From positions 62,001-126,000 of the forward strand of contig JAHBMJ010000277.1 in NCBI GenBank assembly GCA_018398765.1: DNA of 64,000 nucleotides. Reading direction: 5' to 3'. The DNA comes from Chromera velia. Lineage: Eukaryota. The notes under the pieces were generated by a model. That model saw nothing but the letters and a program-made list of their open reading frames with translations. It ran no database searches and was not told the origin of the DNA. The position numbers were made by a program, and so were the translations under genes. Below are positions 1 to 12,298 of the stretch, in pieces; position 1 is the stretch's first letter, and the number at the start of each line of letters is the position of its first letter.

Positions 1-56
1 AGAAAGAGAAAGAAAGAAAGAAAGAAAGAAAGAAAGGAAGGAAGGAAGGAAGGAAG

Positions 57-99
<43 letters not shown>

Positions 100-114
100 A
101 AGAAAGAAAGAAAG

Positions 115-145
<31 letters not shown>

Positions 146-174
146 AAAAGAAAGAAAGAAAGAAAGAAAGAAAG

Positions 175-205
<31 letters not shown>

Positions 206-234
206 AAAAGAAAGAAAGAAAGAAAGAAAGAAAG

Positions 235-265
<31 letters not shown>

Positions 266-282
266 AAAAGAAAGAAAGAAAG

Positions 283-325
<43 letters not shown>

Positions 326-354
326 AAAAGAAAGAAAGAAAGAAAGAAAGAAAG
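1..354. repeat. (AAAG)n/(AG)n microsatellite tract, probably intronic to the minus-strand WD40-like gene
   Basis: Continuous aaag/ag units from base 1 to 354. Confidence 0.95.
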
Positions 355-587
355 ATGCAAATTCAGTACAGGTGTATGGATTGTATATGGGTCTTCTCTC
401 TTTCCTTCCGTCTCTCTCTCTCCCCCCCCCCCCNNNNCCCCCCCCTCTCTCTGTGGGGCAAACATGCAAGCACTCACGCACACACACAGACAACAGTCGC
501 AACGAAACGACTGAACGAACGAAAACATCCAACAGAGTCAACCTGGGGTTTTCTCTCACTTGCCCCCCCAGATCCATCCATCCCTAC

Positions 588-2067
588 CTGCCCCTTAAAT
601 TCGCGACCGACCTCCGCCCACTTTTCCTGCCCCCCTTTCTGGGTCCGCCCACTGCCTCTCGGGCCGCACTCCCGAAATCCCACACGCACACGGCGCCTGA
701 GACAGCGGCGCACGCGAGGAGCGGTCGCTCTCTGCAGAGACAGACGCAGGACACCGCAAGCAAGGCAGCCCCGCCTGCGCCCTGCACGGACTGCAGAGAG
801 GAGACAACAACCAGGCAGGCAGGCAGGCAGGCAGGCAGCAAAATGTTATGTCAGTTTTTTTCACGACGCGGTTCCTTACGGTCATTGCTACTGCATTCCT
901 TATCCTCCACCAAAGAGGCTGCTTGATCGGCACTTAACTACGCGCTTGAGCGGGCAGACACGCTGACGAAAATGAAAACGGGTGTACGCACGTCTTTGCT
1001 GAGTGAGCAACAATAAGGGAAAGGAGAAGACAGAGACGGACCTGACGTTTCGGCTGGAGCCCAACGCTGGCGGCGGACACCGCAGCACCGATTGAAATCC
1101 ACGCTACCGGCTGTAAGCTTGCGCGCTCCCTCCGTCCCGCGCCCTCCAAGGGCACAGGAAAATTGCGGCCTATACACAAGGCCACTCGGCCACTTTGTGT
1201 CCCAAAGAAAAGAAGAGGAAGAGAGGGGTGTGCAGCGATACACGTAGGAAGTCCCTGAAGGATTCCGGGCAATGTATGTGAAGTGCATGAACAGGCACCC
1301 CATCCGAACTCTTCGTCCTCTCCCGTCATGCCCAAGCGCGAGAGAGAGTAGGCTCCCATCTCACGCCGGTGCGTTTGAACGAATAAACTTCCCATGGGAT
1401 CGGAGACCACGCACACATGACTAAACAAAAGCGCGTCTCCCTTTCGGGCACCTCCCAACCTAACGACATGACGCAAATCCAAACTCTCAGAATCCCAAAT
1501 CAAAACCCAGCCAGATCGCAGCACCGTCAACAGAAACGGATTCTGCAGTCCTTCACCCTTCGAAAAGAACAACCCAATGAGAGGTGAAACCGACGCGAAG
1601 CGAAATTGAGGAGGGGACGAATCTCCCCCCCCCCCAATTCCGGTTGGTTGACTCCCCTCCCCTGTTTTGAATTCGTCCGTCGACAGGAGGGCGGAGACGT
1701 CGTAGGAATTCGAGCCAATCAGCCCGAAGGAACACGAGCAGAAGGTCTGGAGGAAAAGACGCACACGGACTCTAGGGCCTCTCTGACTACGGGAGAGACG
1801 GAAGCGGGACGTCTGATGAACTCGCGATGCCCCGCTTTGTGCGTCCGAGGAGACGGTCACATGAGATACGGCAAACTCGGGAGCAAGGAGACCTTCATGG
1901 TCGTTCTTCCGTGGCAGAAGAACAGCAAGGGAGGGATGAGGGCAAAGGGTTCGCATCTGGATGCTCCAGTCTGTCTGTCAGGCAGGCAGGTCGAACTAGA
2001 AACACGCCCCGTTGGAGACGGAGACGGAAATTCTTAGTGAGGGTTCAGGCGAGAGTGCGGGGTCCAT
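588..2067 (-). CDS. WD40/beta-propeller-like protein, 5' exons (gene runs off the left end of the window)
   Basis: Exon ~1970-1042 (CAG|GTCCGT donor) has WVLIWDSES and CIAAHPSLPLLFFGTQSGRV. Exon 790-588 (tgcag acceptor, AG|GTAGGG donor) has LACAAVSGAVCVWDF. Start at ATG 2067 is tentative. Confidence 0.55.
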
Positions 2068-2880
2068 CCGAGGCAGCAAAAAGGTGAGTGCCTTTCTTCA
2101 GAAGCTACCAGACGTGTACAGAAAGAGCACAGTCTCACACCTCGGACGTAGACGGGTTCTCAAATTTCTTCCTTCGCGATCCAGGAAACTCTCAACTATG
2201 CATGCAGTGGACATGTCAATCTACGGCGATGAACGACTCTTGCAGCTGCAAGAATCTATGAATGACAATCTGTGCTTCCATGTAGAAACACCACAACTAC
2301 AAGCTGACCTTGAACACGAATGAAGTCACTGGGCAATTATTGACTGGACAGTGACTCCTTGATGTGTGCAGTTGGCAATCCCAAGATCCATTCCGGATCA
2401 TTCCGGAGCATGCATCCTTGACGCACGCATAACGCACCCCCATGACGCAGCTCGCAGCATGCATATTTCGGCTCCTTTACTGCGCGACTGCATGGCTTGA
2501 AAAACTAATACAATGCGGGGACGGAAAATTCCTAAAAATTCCGAATAAATTGGGAAAAAATAGAAATCATCTTCCGACATGCATTAAAGTGTCCGGCATG
2601 CAGTTTAGACTGATTCACAAACAATTACTTGACAGATAGTTACTGTTACTCACATCTCTTCGATCTATGAGTGTGCGCTCAGACTCTCTCAGAGCCCTTT
2701 TGCGCTGCTTGTCACGCCCTCCGATCGACCCGCCCGACAGAGTATCCTTTGGCAACATCTTGACAATCGTACACTCTGGATTGATACAGACAAGCAAGCT
2801 GACGAACACAAATTCAAAGAAAGGACTTAGTTGGGCCTGATACGGTCGAAGTCCTTTCTCAACGTCGAGGGCAGCAACAA

Positions 2881-5800
2881 ATGAAGACGCAGGGTTTGGA
2901 GCCAGAGGAGTCGGAAGCTGTCCGGAGTGACTGCTTCGAGAAACAGGTGGGCGGCCTGCAGGCATCAATTTCTTCGTTTGAGCTACATGTCCGCGAGTGT
3001 ATGCTACAAAAGTTCTTCGATCCGTGTGATATGACGTGCAGCGGAAGAAGCTTTCGAAGACTCTGACCCCCATGGGCGTCTTCGTGATGGTAAATCAGTG
3101 TTTTCTCTGGTTGGCCGGCATCTATGACACCAAGATGGCCATCCTTTCCATCGGTGCTGTTGGCGCCTGTGTCCTGACCTTCCTTGAGGGCCACACCGGT
3201 CTTCTGTTTCTTCGAGTTTCGACCACGCGAGAGAAGGAGCTGAAGACGACCATCGGTTTTCTCACCGGCATTGCGCTTCATCACACCGCGCTTGCCCACT
3301 GGGTCCCGCCACTGGGGGCGATCAAGCTGATTCTCTACGGCGGCAACGGTACGTTGAAATTGCCTGACCTTTCTCTGTTGTCTGTATGATATATTGGATG
3401 CACTGTGTTGCGACGCATTTGCACATACTTGCGCATCTCCGGCTAGAATACGCACAGCTGATTTCAAAGTGAGTGAGCACGTGTCAACCGGTTCAGAACT
3501 CACAAAACAGTTCTGAGGAATGTGCGGAATTTTTTATATTATAATGTGCGGCAGAGGCTCAGAGAGACGAGGAAGTCGGGTCGAGGTCTGCGTCTGCGTT
3601 TGTGGGCTTTACACGAGGCCTGCATGAGGCCCTGGAGTAGGCATGTAGTGACATATCCCAATACACATGCATCGACAGATGGGGACACTGCTGCGGTATG
3701 GGGCACGTGTGTGTGTGTGCGAGTGGACGCAGGCCTCGCACTCAAAATGGTGATGGGTGTCCTTCACTTTTCTGAGTCCCACTTTTGGCTGTTGAACCTG
3801 ACTGACACCCTCTTCTGGTGGCTGAGTGGTGTGTTCGGATTCGAGACAGCAGATGGGCTCGGGAGCGGGGAGGGGCTGAAGTTTGTCTGTGCAGGTGCGG
3901 CGGCGCAGACAGTAATGGCAGTCGGAATCCGGTATCTGTCGGTTTTGGCTCTTTGGGAAGTCGCAGGGGAGGTATTATTGAGACGAAAGACAGAGCTGTC
4001 AAAGGATAGATTTCTCTCGTATATCATGCACGAAATGAGAAACCCGCTTTCCGGGGCCAGTCTTTTGGTTTATGAGTTTCATGAGACAATCAAAGAATTA
4101 ATGAAGATTGCGAAGAAGAAAAACCACCCACTGGTCCTGCGCGCCGCCACCCAAACCTCCGCACAGCGGCTCCAGCAGCTGACAGACTTTTTGATTCCCC
4201 AATTTGAAAAGATGAGAGGTGTTTGCGACGATGTGCTTCAGCTCGAGAAGCTCGATAAGGGGGGGTTGGAATATTCGTTTCGTCCTTTGAATCTTCGCAC
4301 ATGGGTTGCTCGTCTGGCCGGGCAGGCGAAACCTCTGTTCCAAAAGAAAGTGTCATTCAATTGGCACTTCGAGACAGAATGTGAAGAGGCGGCGGCACTT
4401 CTGGAGAGGGACCCGGAGGGGGTAGCTGACTTTGTTCGATTAGATCAGGTAGTGGCCAATTTTCTCAGCAATGCGCGGAAGTTCACAAAGAGTGGGACAG
4501 TCACGCTGCGGTGTAGGGTGAGAAAACCAACAGAGGCAGAGAAAACAGAGAGTCCAGAAAGTATGGGCTCTTCCTCTTTAGAAACACACAAGAAACAATG
4601 GGCAAGTGCAGTTAGAATAGTCAGTGGAGAGGAGGAGAGAGGGCGGAGAGGATCCAGTTGTTCGGGAATCCTCTCCCTATCTCAGACTGACAGCCCACCG
4701 ATTCTGCCGGAAGGACAGAAGCCAGTGGCAGTAGAAAATAAATGGGCCGTCTTACGTGTCTCTGTGAGTGACACTGGGCCTGGTTTGAGCGAGGCAGAGA
4801 TGTCAAAGTTGTTCAAACCTTACGGTCAAGTTAGGGCAGGAGAGCTTCAGAATGGGGGGGGCACAGGGTTGGGTTTAGTCATCTGCAAGAGCTTTGTGGA
4901 GGCTCATGCGGGTGGGCGGATAGGAGTGGAATCAGAAGGTAGGGGGGAGGGGAGTACATTCTTCTTTGAGGTCTTGTTGCCTCTTGTGCATCCGAAAGAG
5001 GGAGTTGAAACGGGGGGTCGTCAGGAAGTGGGGGCGGAAGAAATTGAATCTGATGAAGAAAGCTCGGAATCCGAATTGGAGGAAAGGGATTCAGGGACAG
5101 AGGGGGAGATGGCAGAGGAGGAAAAAGCCCGCAGAGAGTCTGCCGGGTTTTCTCCCAGGTGGTCTGTCACGTCGGGCTGTCAGCTTTTCAAACCGCCACC
5201 CGAGACTCCCAGTGATGAAAGGAGACGGCTCCCCCCTCCCTCGGCTCCCGGTCCATCTATGCGTCGTCTCTCCCGCCCCAACCCACAGTTACCACCGAAT
5301 TTTATTCAAAGAGAGAGCAGAGCCCTGACATTCGCTTCCCCCTCGAGACGGTTTTTGGATTCTTTGTCGCTGGATTTGCGGGGGGCGAAGGAAGAGAGGG
5401 AGGGGGGGCAAAGGGGAAGTGGAAGGAGAAAAAGCACAAAGGGTACTGCTGTTACATTTCCTGCAAACAAAGACGACGACCACCTTCTCCCGTCTGCCCC
5501 CTCAATCGAATTCCCAGAAGAAAAAAGCCCAAGTGATCGTCGGATTCCCTCCAAGAGCCCTCCTCTGACTGCGGATGTGCTGCTGGTAGACGATGATCGT
5601 TTCTGTCTGATGGCAGGGAGTGCAGTGATGAGAAGGATGGGGTTCTCTGTCAAGACTGCAGAAGATGGGGACGAGGCGGTCGAGATGGTGGTGAAGAGGG
5701 GGGAATCGTTTCGAATGGTCTTGATAGACAAGAACATGGCACGTATGGAAGGGCCGGCGGCAGTGAAGATAATCAAAGAGCATTTCAACGACAAAGGGAG

Positions 5801-5948
5801 GGATGGGGAAGGGCAGCTGGTGCCTCTGCTGGTCGGTTACACTGGAGATGCCGCACACGGAGAGGTGTTCACTGAGGCAGGGGCACATGAGGTGCTGCTT
5901 AAGCCTCTTCAGCAGAAAGACCTTGCACGGCTTCTGGAATCACATTAA
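2881..5948 (+). CDS. Membrane-bound hybrid sensor histidine kinase (TM-HisKA-HATPase_c-REC); join(2881..2946,3042..3348,3733..5948)
   Basis: H-box FLSYIMHEMRNPL, N-box QVVANFLSNARKFT, G1 VSDTGPGL, F-box LFKPYGQV, G2 GGTGLGLVICK; receiver VLLVDDD...LIDKNM...LKP. Hydrophobic N-terminal segments. GT-AG introns have matching phases (0 and 1). Confidence 0.93.
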
Positions 5949-6600
5949 GAAGTCAAAACAAATGTTCCATGATCGAAAAAATCCACCGCTGGTCCGCTGC
6001 TTAGACCCACGCTCGAATTTACTCACAAAGGAGAACTAGAATGAGAACACGTCGGGCTTCTGAATAGACTATAGTGCATCAAACTTTAAGATAGTTTATC
6101 TTTAGGCTAACTATATATGCACTGTGACTATGGTATTACAGATCTTTAGCTAGCTATCATGCATAGACCATCAGAATCACCACTTATATAGCTAATTAAT
6201 ATAGCCTCGAGCCTTTACATATAACTTAAGTTTTTTTTTAATGATTAGATTGAAATTTGAAAATCAATTTTTATATTTCAATCTAGTCTTGAATCTACAG
6301 GTGCGTGACAAGGGGATCTACCTAGAGATCTACTAGTACTAATGCTTGCACTGCTTGGTGTACTGCCCTGAGCCCTCCTATAAAAATACATATCATATTA
6401 GAATTTTAAATCTGATACAGTAGAAGTTCTAGTAGAAGTTACTTGAGGTAGAACCATAATAGGACTATCCTTTTAGCCACCCAGGGGGCCCAACGGCCCT
6501 CTTTACATTCATTTGATCCTCTTTACACTCGCATTGATCTGGTTCTTTTTTTTTATGACTCCGTCTACGGTCTACCAAGACTCTAGTACTCAACTTCCCA

Positions 6601-6804
6601 GGGTTGATATTTGGATAAGGAGAGCGGTAGCATCTCTGATTTAAGTTGACGGTAGATTGAGTCTCTCAAACAAGTCACTTGAAGTCGGCGGGAACCTGGG
6701 ACTGTTCTGGCCTAGGTTCTGGCTAGAGTCTTCCCAGCCAGTCCCCACCGACTTGTTTGAGGGACTCAGAGATGCCACCGCTCTCCTCATCCAAATATAA
6801 ACTC
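6601..6804. mobile_element. Fold-back/MITE-like element with ~39-bp imperfect terminal inverted repeats
   Basis: gggttgatatttggataaggagagcggtagcatctctga at 6601 pairs with tcagagatgccaccgctctcctcatccaaatataaactc ending 6804. Inner arms gagtctctcaaacaagtc / gacttgtttgagggactc. No clear TSD. Confidence 0.65.
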
Positions 6805-7397
6805 TTAGATGATCTTCTTTTTTCTTATTCAATTTAAGTTTTAATATACAACAGTTTAATAATAACTTATAATGCCAGTGTTTACATGGACTATGATGGA
6901 CATGACACATATATTCCAAGTCATGCAAAAGTTTGTGAGACAGGCACCAAAAGATGTGAGTCTATTAATTTATGCATGCAGCAGCTATTTTTATAGCTAA
7001 AGACTTATAGAGGGTCAGTAGAGACTAAGTCTGAGACTTTGTAGTACTCTATGATAAACTTAAGTAGTACATAGGTGGTTTTCTTATGGATATATATCTA
7101 GATATACATAATTTTAAACCTCGATCAGTGTAATTTTTTTAAAAATAAGTTTCAATTAAACAGTATTGTTCCAGATTCTTTACAAAACTTTTACTATAGA
7201 AATTATAACATAACTGTCATGACTGATTTATAATTTGTTTATGATTATTCAGAAATCTAATTCGAGAAATCTACTGCCGCTGTGACTGTCTAATCGTATG
7301 TGTCTATATGCATGCCAGATGATAAAATTGATATCAATTCTTAAATGGTGCAGTTCTTGGTGCAGTTGTGTTATTACTGGGCCTCCCGTCCTCTTTC

Positions 7398-8862
7398 TCA
7401 ACGGACGGCAGGCCGTGCACCGCGCTGAATCCATGCAAGGGCATCATTCAGACCTGCAGAGGGATGACGATCCAAAAATTCTAAGAGAAGCTGTGCATCT
7501 GTGTTGCCTTTGCGTTCTGCAACGTCTCTGGGATTGTGATTCTATGCGTTGTTCTGGAACATCATTGTTCTGATCATTTCAACAGAAAAATTCTGAAGAA
7601 GGAGCATTCCCGAGTGGATCTCTTTCTTCTACTGAGGCCTCCTAAAACGGTTACCGGCTTTGGCTTCCTCACGACTCCACGCGCAGACTGCATGGAGGAG
7701 AGTGCTGCCGTTGGCGTCTGTGATCCCCCCCCCCACGTCTTCCACGGCCTTGCCTGACCATTCCAGAAGGTAGGCAACTGCTTCGTGGGTCTGTGCAGAG
7801 AAAAGAGCGGGTCGTCTGAAACGATCACCGCCCAGGTATGGCTGCAGAGGAAGGAGGGGAGCGGAGGGGAGACGCCCTGAGGTTGTTGATTAAGATCCGG
7901 ACTGTCTCTTTGGCGAAGGAAGGGGAAGTGAGGATGAGACTCAGGGCGCAGGCACGTACCTGGGCAGTGAAGGGAACGGGGTCGAGTTTGTGTGGATTGA
8001 ATCCCCTCTACTCACCAAAGATTTCTGGCTTCTTCTTTTCTTCCTTCTTCTGATCTCTGTCTCTCTTCTTCTTCTTCCCCTCCCCCGATTCCCACAGATC
8101 CTCCCACCCCTCCTCGTCCTCAATCAGGTGTTGGAAGGAGGGAATGGCTTGAAGGGCGTGGGGGTTGCCGTCAAGTTGGGATTGGTACGCGGCGACTTCG
8201 AACATCACCGTAGGTTTATCCCAGAAGGCCCAGTGCAGAAAGGGGGAGACGAGTTCGGGGTATGCCCCTTTCTTTTCGTAAATCCACGTCAGCTCCCTGA
8301 CGATTGCGTTCTCTGAATCAATATGAGCTGTTTCGAGGTAGATCCGCTGGAAGATCTCAAGGGGGGTGCGGGGGAGACGGTTGAGGGGGTGGTCTATCCT
8401 CTCTACGGCCTCCCCGGCAGCATCGGAGACAACTGCGTGGAGCAGATTCGTCAACTCCAGGTCCACATACTCTTCTGTCCCCTCAGCAGCGGCAATCGAT
8501 TCCCTCAACTCTGACGTCTCCTCTTCCTCTCTCCGAATTGCGTCTCTGAACAGGAACAGGTGGGACCCTAGGCGGGACCAGTCACCCCGCGGCACACGAG
8601 GGTACAGGAGAGGGCGGTTGAAGCTGTAGAGTCAGACAAACAGAAACAAGAAAGAAAGGAAGGGAAGAAGGTGAATCAAAAAGAACAACGATTGAGTCAT
8701 TCAGCAAATCTGAAAACAAAAACTTCGCACAGGTGCCCATGACATAAACACATACACATACACATATACGCACACATACACACACACACATACACACATA
8801 TATACATACATGTACACACACATGCACACACATACATACACACACACACACACAGAGAGAGA

Positions 8863-8904
<42 letters not shown>

Positions 8905-10493
8905 CACGCGTGTATGCATGCATTTATTTCTTTTCTCTCCTTCCCTCCCTCCCTCCCTGCCGACTGACCGTCTGATTGCCATATCGTGCACGAGCTCCAG
9001 CTTGAGGATGTTTCGATGAATCCCTTTCTGGCAGAGGAAATCGAAAAAAGAGAAGAGGCAGGGGAACGGTCGTGTGGGGTTCATCTCACACCAATGGAGG
9101 CACTGCTCGAATATGTTGCCCTTGCTCAGAAGGGCGTATTCGAGCATCAAATTAACCTCCCTGAACCTAAGTACCACTTGAAAAAATATAGTCAAGATGG
9201 TTTCTATCTGCGGCATTGTTTTTCAAAAGACCGTCCACGCTTGCGGCGTATACGGTCAAGACACCGTCCAGATATGCGGCTTTGGCTTTCAAGATACCGT
9301 AAATGATCCGCGCCTGCGGTGCGGACTTTCAAGCTTATCAAAAAATACGGCTTAAACTTTCAAGTGGTACTTAGGTTCAGGGAGGTCATCAAATTGTCCC
9401 TGTCCAACTGCTCCCCCCCTACCCCCGCCCCTGTCGCCAGGCGCTCAAGGAGGACGTTTCCAGCCTCCGTCTGGTGGGATTTGATTACTATGCTCAACAA
9501 CGCAGCGACATCAGAGAGCTTCATGTTCATCTGCCTGCAATTAAAGCTGGTGAACAGAAAGTTCCGCAGGTTGCCAATGCAACCTTCCCGAATGCTCTTT
9601 GCGATTGTTTTGAAATATCTTAGTTCGGGGTCGTTTGGGTTGTCGGTGTGGGGAAACATGCAGTGGCCCTTCCCGTAGGGACACCTGAAGGGCCACTTCT
9701 CGGGCTAAGCGTCGGTGGCCCTCTCACAGAAATTGGCCTGCATTTACATCAGATTCTCCACTCTATGGGTCTGATCGATCTCCTTGGGGTGGTGTGCATC
9801 GGCATATCGGTCACGGCGACACTTTCCGGGGCCCAGAAGGACTGCACACTTGCAGGGAACTCTGGGCTTATCGCTCCCGCGGGGTCTTAGCAAAAGAGGG
9901 CGACGCCCGAGGCCCATCTCGAGGCCCAGTGCCTCATAGAGGGATGCGACGGTAGGTTCAGGGAGGGTTTCTTGGAGGTTGGGGTGGAGTTCGCCTTTCG
10001 AGTGGGCGAGATGGCAGAAACGCCTGTACGGGCAGGGGAAACAGGGAAAAAGGATGTGGCGGTAGTGGATGTCGCAGTAGGATTCCTTATATTCCTTTGG
10101 GAAGAAGGAGGCAGGGGTGTGGGCTAGAGGGCAGGCATCGACTGTTCTGAACCTCGCAGTGCATTTGTTTCCAAAGAGGACAGATGTGCAAATTTGGTGA
10201 CTCTTGGGTGCAAGGAATGTCTTCCAGTCCCTTCTCTTGACGCTCAGCCTATCATGGGAGATCTCAAATTGGGCGCCGTTGATCCTGAGGATCTTCTCGA
10301 GCTCATTTCTTTCCCTCCTCTCGTTCTTCTTGGACTCCCCCCTGATCGTGCTGGCACAGGAGTGATAGATTTTTGTCAGGGGTGCCCAGCCGTCCTACCT
10401 GGCGTGCATGTGGTCAGCGCCCCTGAGGTTGGGGTTGAAGAAATTGAGGCAGTCTCGCACCACCCAGTGCTCCCGTTTCCTGTTGTCACCCAT
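7398..10493 (-). pseudogene. Pseudogene: La-motif-like HTH + CCCH-type zinc fingers + ankyrin-like repeats; six in-frame TAG/TAA stops and a MITE insertion
   Basis: One reconstructed frame from ATG 10493 to TGA 7398, with introns 8968-8624 and 7959-7842. Motifs DGWAPL...FEISHDRLSVKRR, C..C..CPLAH, CPYRRFCHLAH, CPYGKGHCMFPH, DANGSTLLHAVC. Stops at 10395, 9744, 9705, 8008, 7629 and 7542. Confidence 0.75.
9154..9386. mobile_element. Non-autonomous DNA transposon (MITE), 29-bp perfect TIRs, 8-9 bp TSD (Mutator- or hAT-like)
   Basis: ACCTCCCTGAACCTAAGTACCACTTGAAA (9155-9183) is the exact reverse complement of 9358-9386. CATCAAATT is duplicated at 9145-9153 and 9387-9395. Removing the element restores the host frame (DRDNLM-LEYALL). 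Confidence 0.92.
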
Positions 10494-11780
10494 GTCTTTC
10501 TCTCAGCAAACAAGTGAGAAGAAAAAGGAAGAGAGCAAGACAGAAGAGGCTCTGAACAACACCTGTTTTCTTGTGGTGAAATTTCACTCCCAGATGGTGT
10601 CACCACCCGGTCTGACAGTCTACAGTCTGGCTGAGGAAGAAAGAAGGCGTCGGAACGAAAGAAGAAGAGCTATAGGAGTCTGAGAGGAAGATTGCGGAAT
10701 CTCGAGAGAAGACGCGTGGCAGCTGGAAGAAATGATTTGAACAGTCTGACATTCAACGCACATACTGTGAGTAGCACTCTGCACTTCGAGCAGTAGTTTC
10801 TCTTGCTCCAGTTGATCCACAAGCCTTGCAGTCACCTTCGTTGACGGCCGCTGGGGTGCCTTTCAATCTTCCCTATTGTACCGTCTGCTCTGCATGCTTC
10901 CAGTTCTCGAGTGCATCATTCCGCATCTGAAAAAACGTATGTATCGCTATATATATGTCGATCGACATTTTTGAACGATCGCGCACGATCGCGACGATGA
11001 GTGTTGCATTGCATGCATGCAAGTTATGATGCAACATTGAAAGCGCACGTTGCATGCATGCATGCGTGCGTTGTTGCAGTATGCATGTTGCAGCGCACGT
11101 GAGCGAAAATGATCCGGCATAATCCGGCGATACACAGTTACTAAGTTTCCTTCGTCCTTCATCGCCTTCCTGGCTATTCCTGGCTTATGCAATGTTATCA
11201 GAGTCTCAGCTGAAAGCTTGAAGCCTTGGACTTCCAAGAACTCCGGGGCCAGGAGACTTAAGAAGACTTAGTACGACGTCCTAGACAACGTCAGATTCTC
11301 AAATATAGGTCAATATGTACTTCTCCTAAATGCTAAACCTCCTGCATGACCGCTCTCTTTTTCTCCTGTTGGCATGCATTCAATCACTGTTGCTGAATCA
11401 CATAATGATTCACACTCTTGCTTCACAGAAGCCGTTTGGTAGTAGTAAGTTAGTACCGCTAGGTGCCGCTTGGTTTTTCTTTGGTTCTTAGCAGCTGAGA
11501 GCTAGTTAAAGCTAGTATCGAATTGATAATAAGATTTTGCTGATCAATCTCCTGAGGTTATCCGTTTTTGAAATCGTTCACCTTCCATGTACTTCCATGC
11601 AGTGATAGATGATTGATGGTAGGATATGTACTAGATAAGTCTATATATGTACTAGATATATGTTATATAATAATATGTATGTGTACACACAAAAGTACCC
11701 AAGTCGGTAATAGTGCGAGTCAGTAATTAATGTCGCTAGCTACACTTTCATTCAAACCTAACCAGTTATAGGTGCAACTA

Positions 11781-12183
11781 TACCGCGTTCGGCTGAAATT
11801 TGCACAGCGCACTTGATTTGGATTAATTTCGGATGAAAAAAAATGAGTTTTGAAATACATGCTGGGGGCCCCCAACATATTGGGGAAGGGGCCCCGGCAC
11901 TCCACTTGCATGCCCGACGACTTTCCGGAGCCCGATTCAATTTGTTCAAAATTCAGATTCACATCTGATAAAATTTAGTCTGTCAGATCTGAATCTGAAT
12001 TTCAAACACTGGCAAATTGAATCGGGCCCCGGAAAGTCGTTAGGCGTAGAAGTAGAGTGCCGGGGCCCCTTCCCCAACATGTTGGGGGCCCCCAGCATGC
12101 ATCTGAAAACTTTAAAAAAAAAAAAAAAATAAATCCCGAATCGCATCCTGTGACGAAATTACAAAATTCAAGTGTACGCGGTA
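11781..12183. mobile_element. Fold-back MITE with TA flanks (Tc1/mariner-like)
   Basis: Ends TA|TACCGCGT...ACGCGGTA|TA. A ~90-bp internal arm (~11856-11946) is inverted at ~12010-12101, with a further short inverted ttcagattcacatctga / tcagatctgaatctgaa pair at the centre. Confidence 0.8.
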
Positions 12184-12298
12184 TAGAAATACAAAAAAAA
12201 ATCTTTTTAAAAGTTATTTCCTAGGTTATTTCTCATTTTAATTGGTTTTGACCTGTTGACAAGTCTGCTCAGCTGATCATGACTTTGTCTCTCTTTTT

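Noticed and set aside
1..354. Telomeric repeat
   Set aside because: AAAG/AG purine microsatellite, not a TTAGGG/TTTAGGG-type unit.
3522..3732. N-terminal 70 aa of the 808-aa ORF as the real kinase start
   Set aside because: It starts at GTG and reads through intron-like sequence; a phase-compatible acceptor at 3731-3732 joins upstream exons instead.
7398..10493. Ciliate-type UAA/UAG-to-Gln genetic code
   Set aside because: Neighbouring intact genes have no in-frame UAR codons and end with TAA or TAG.
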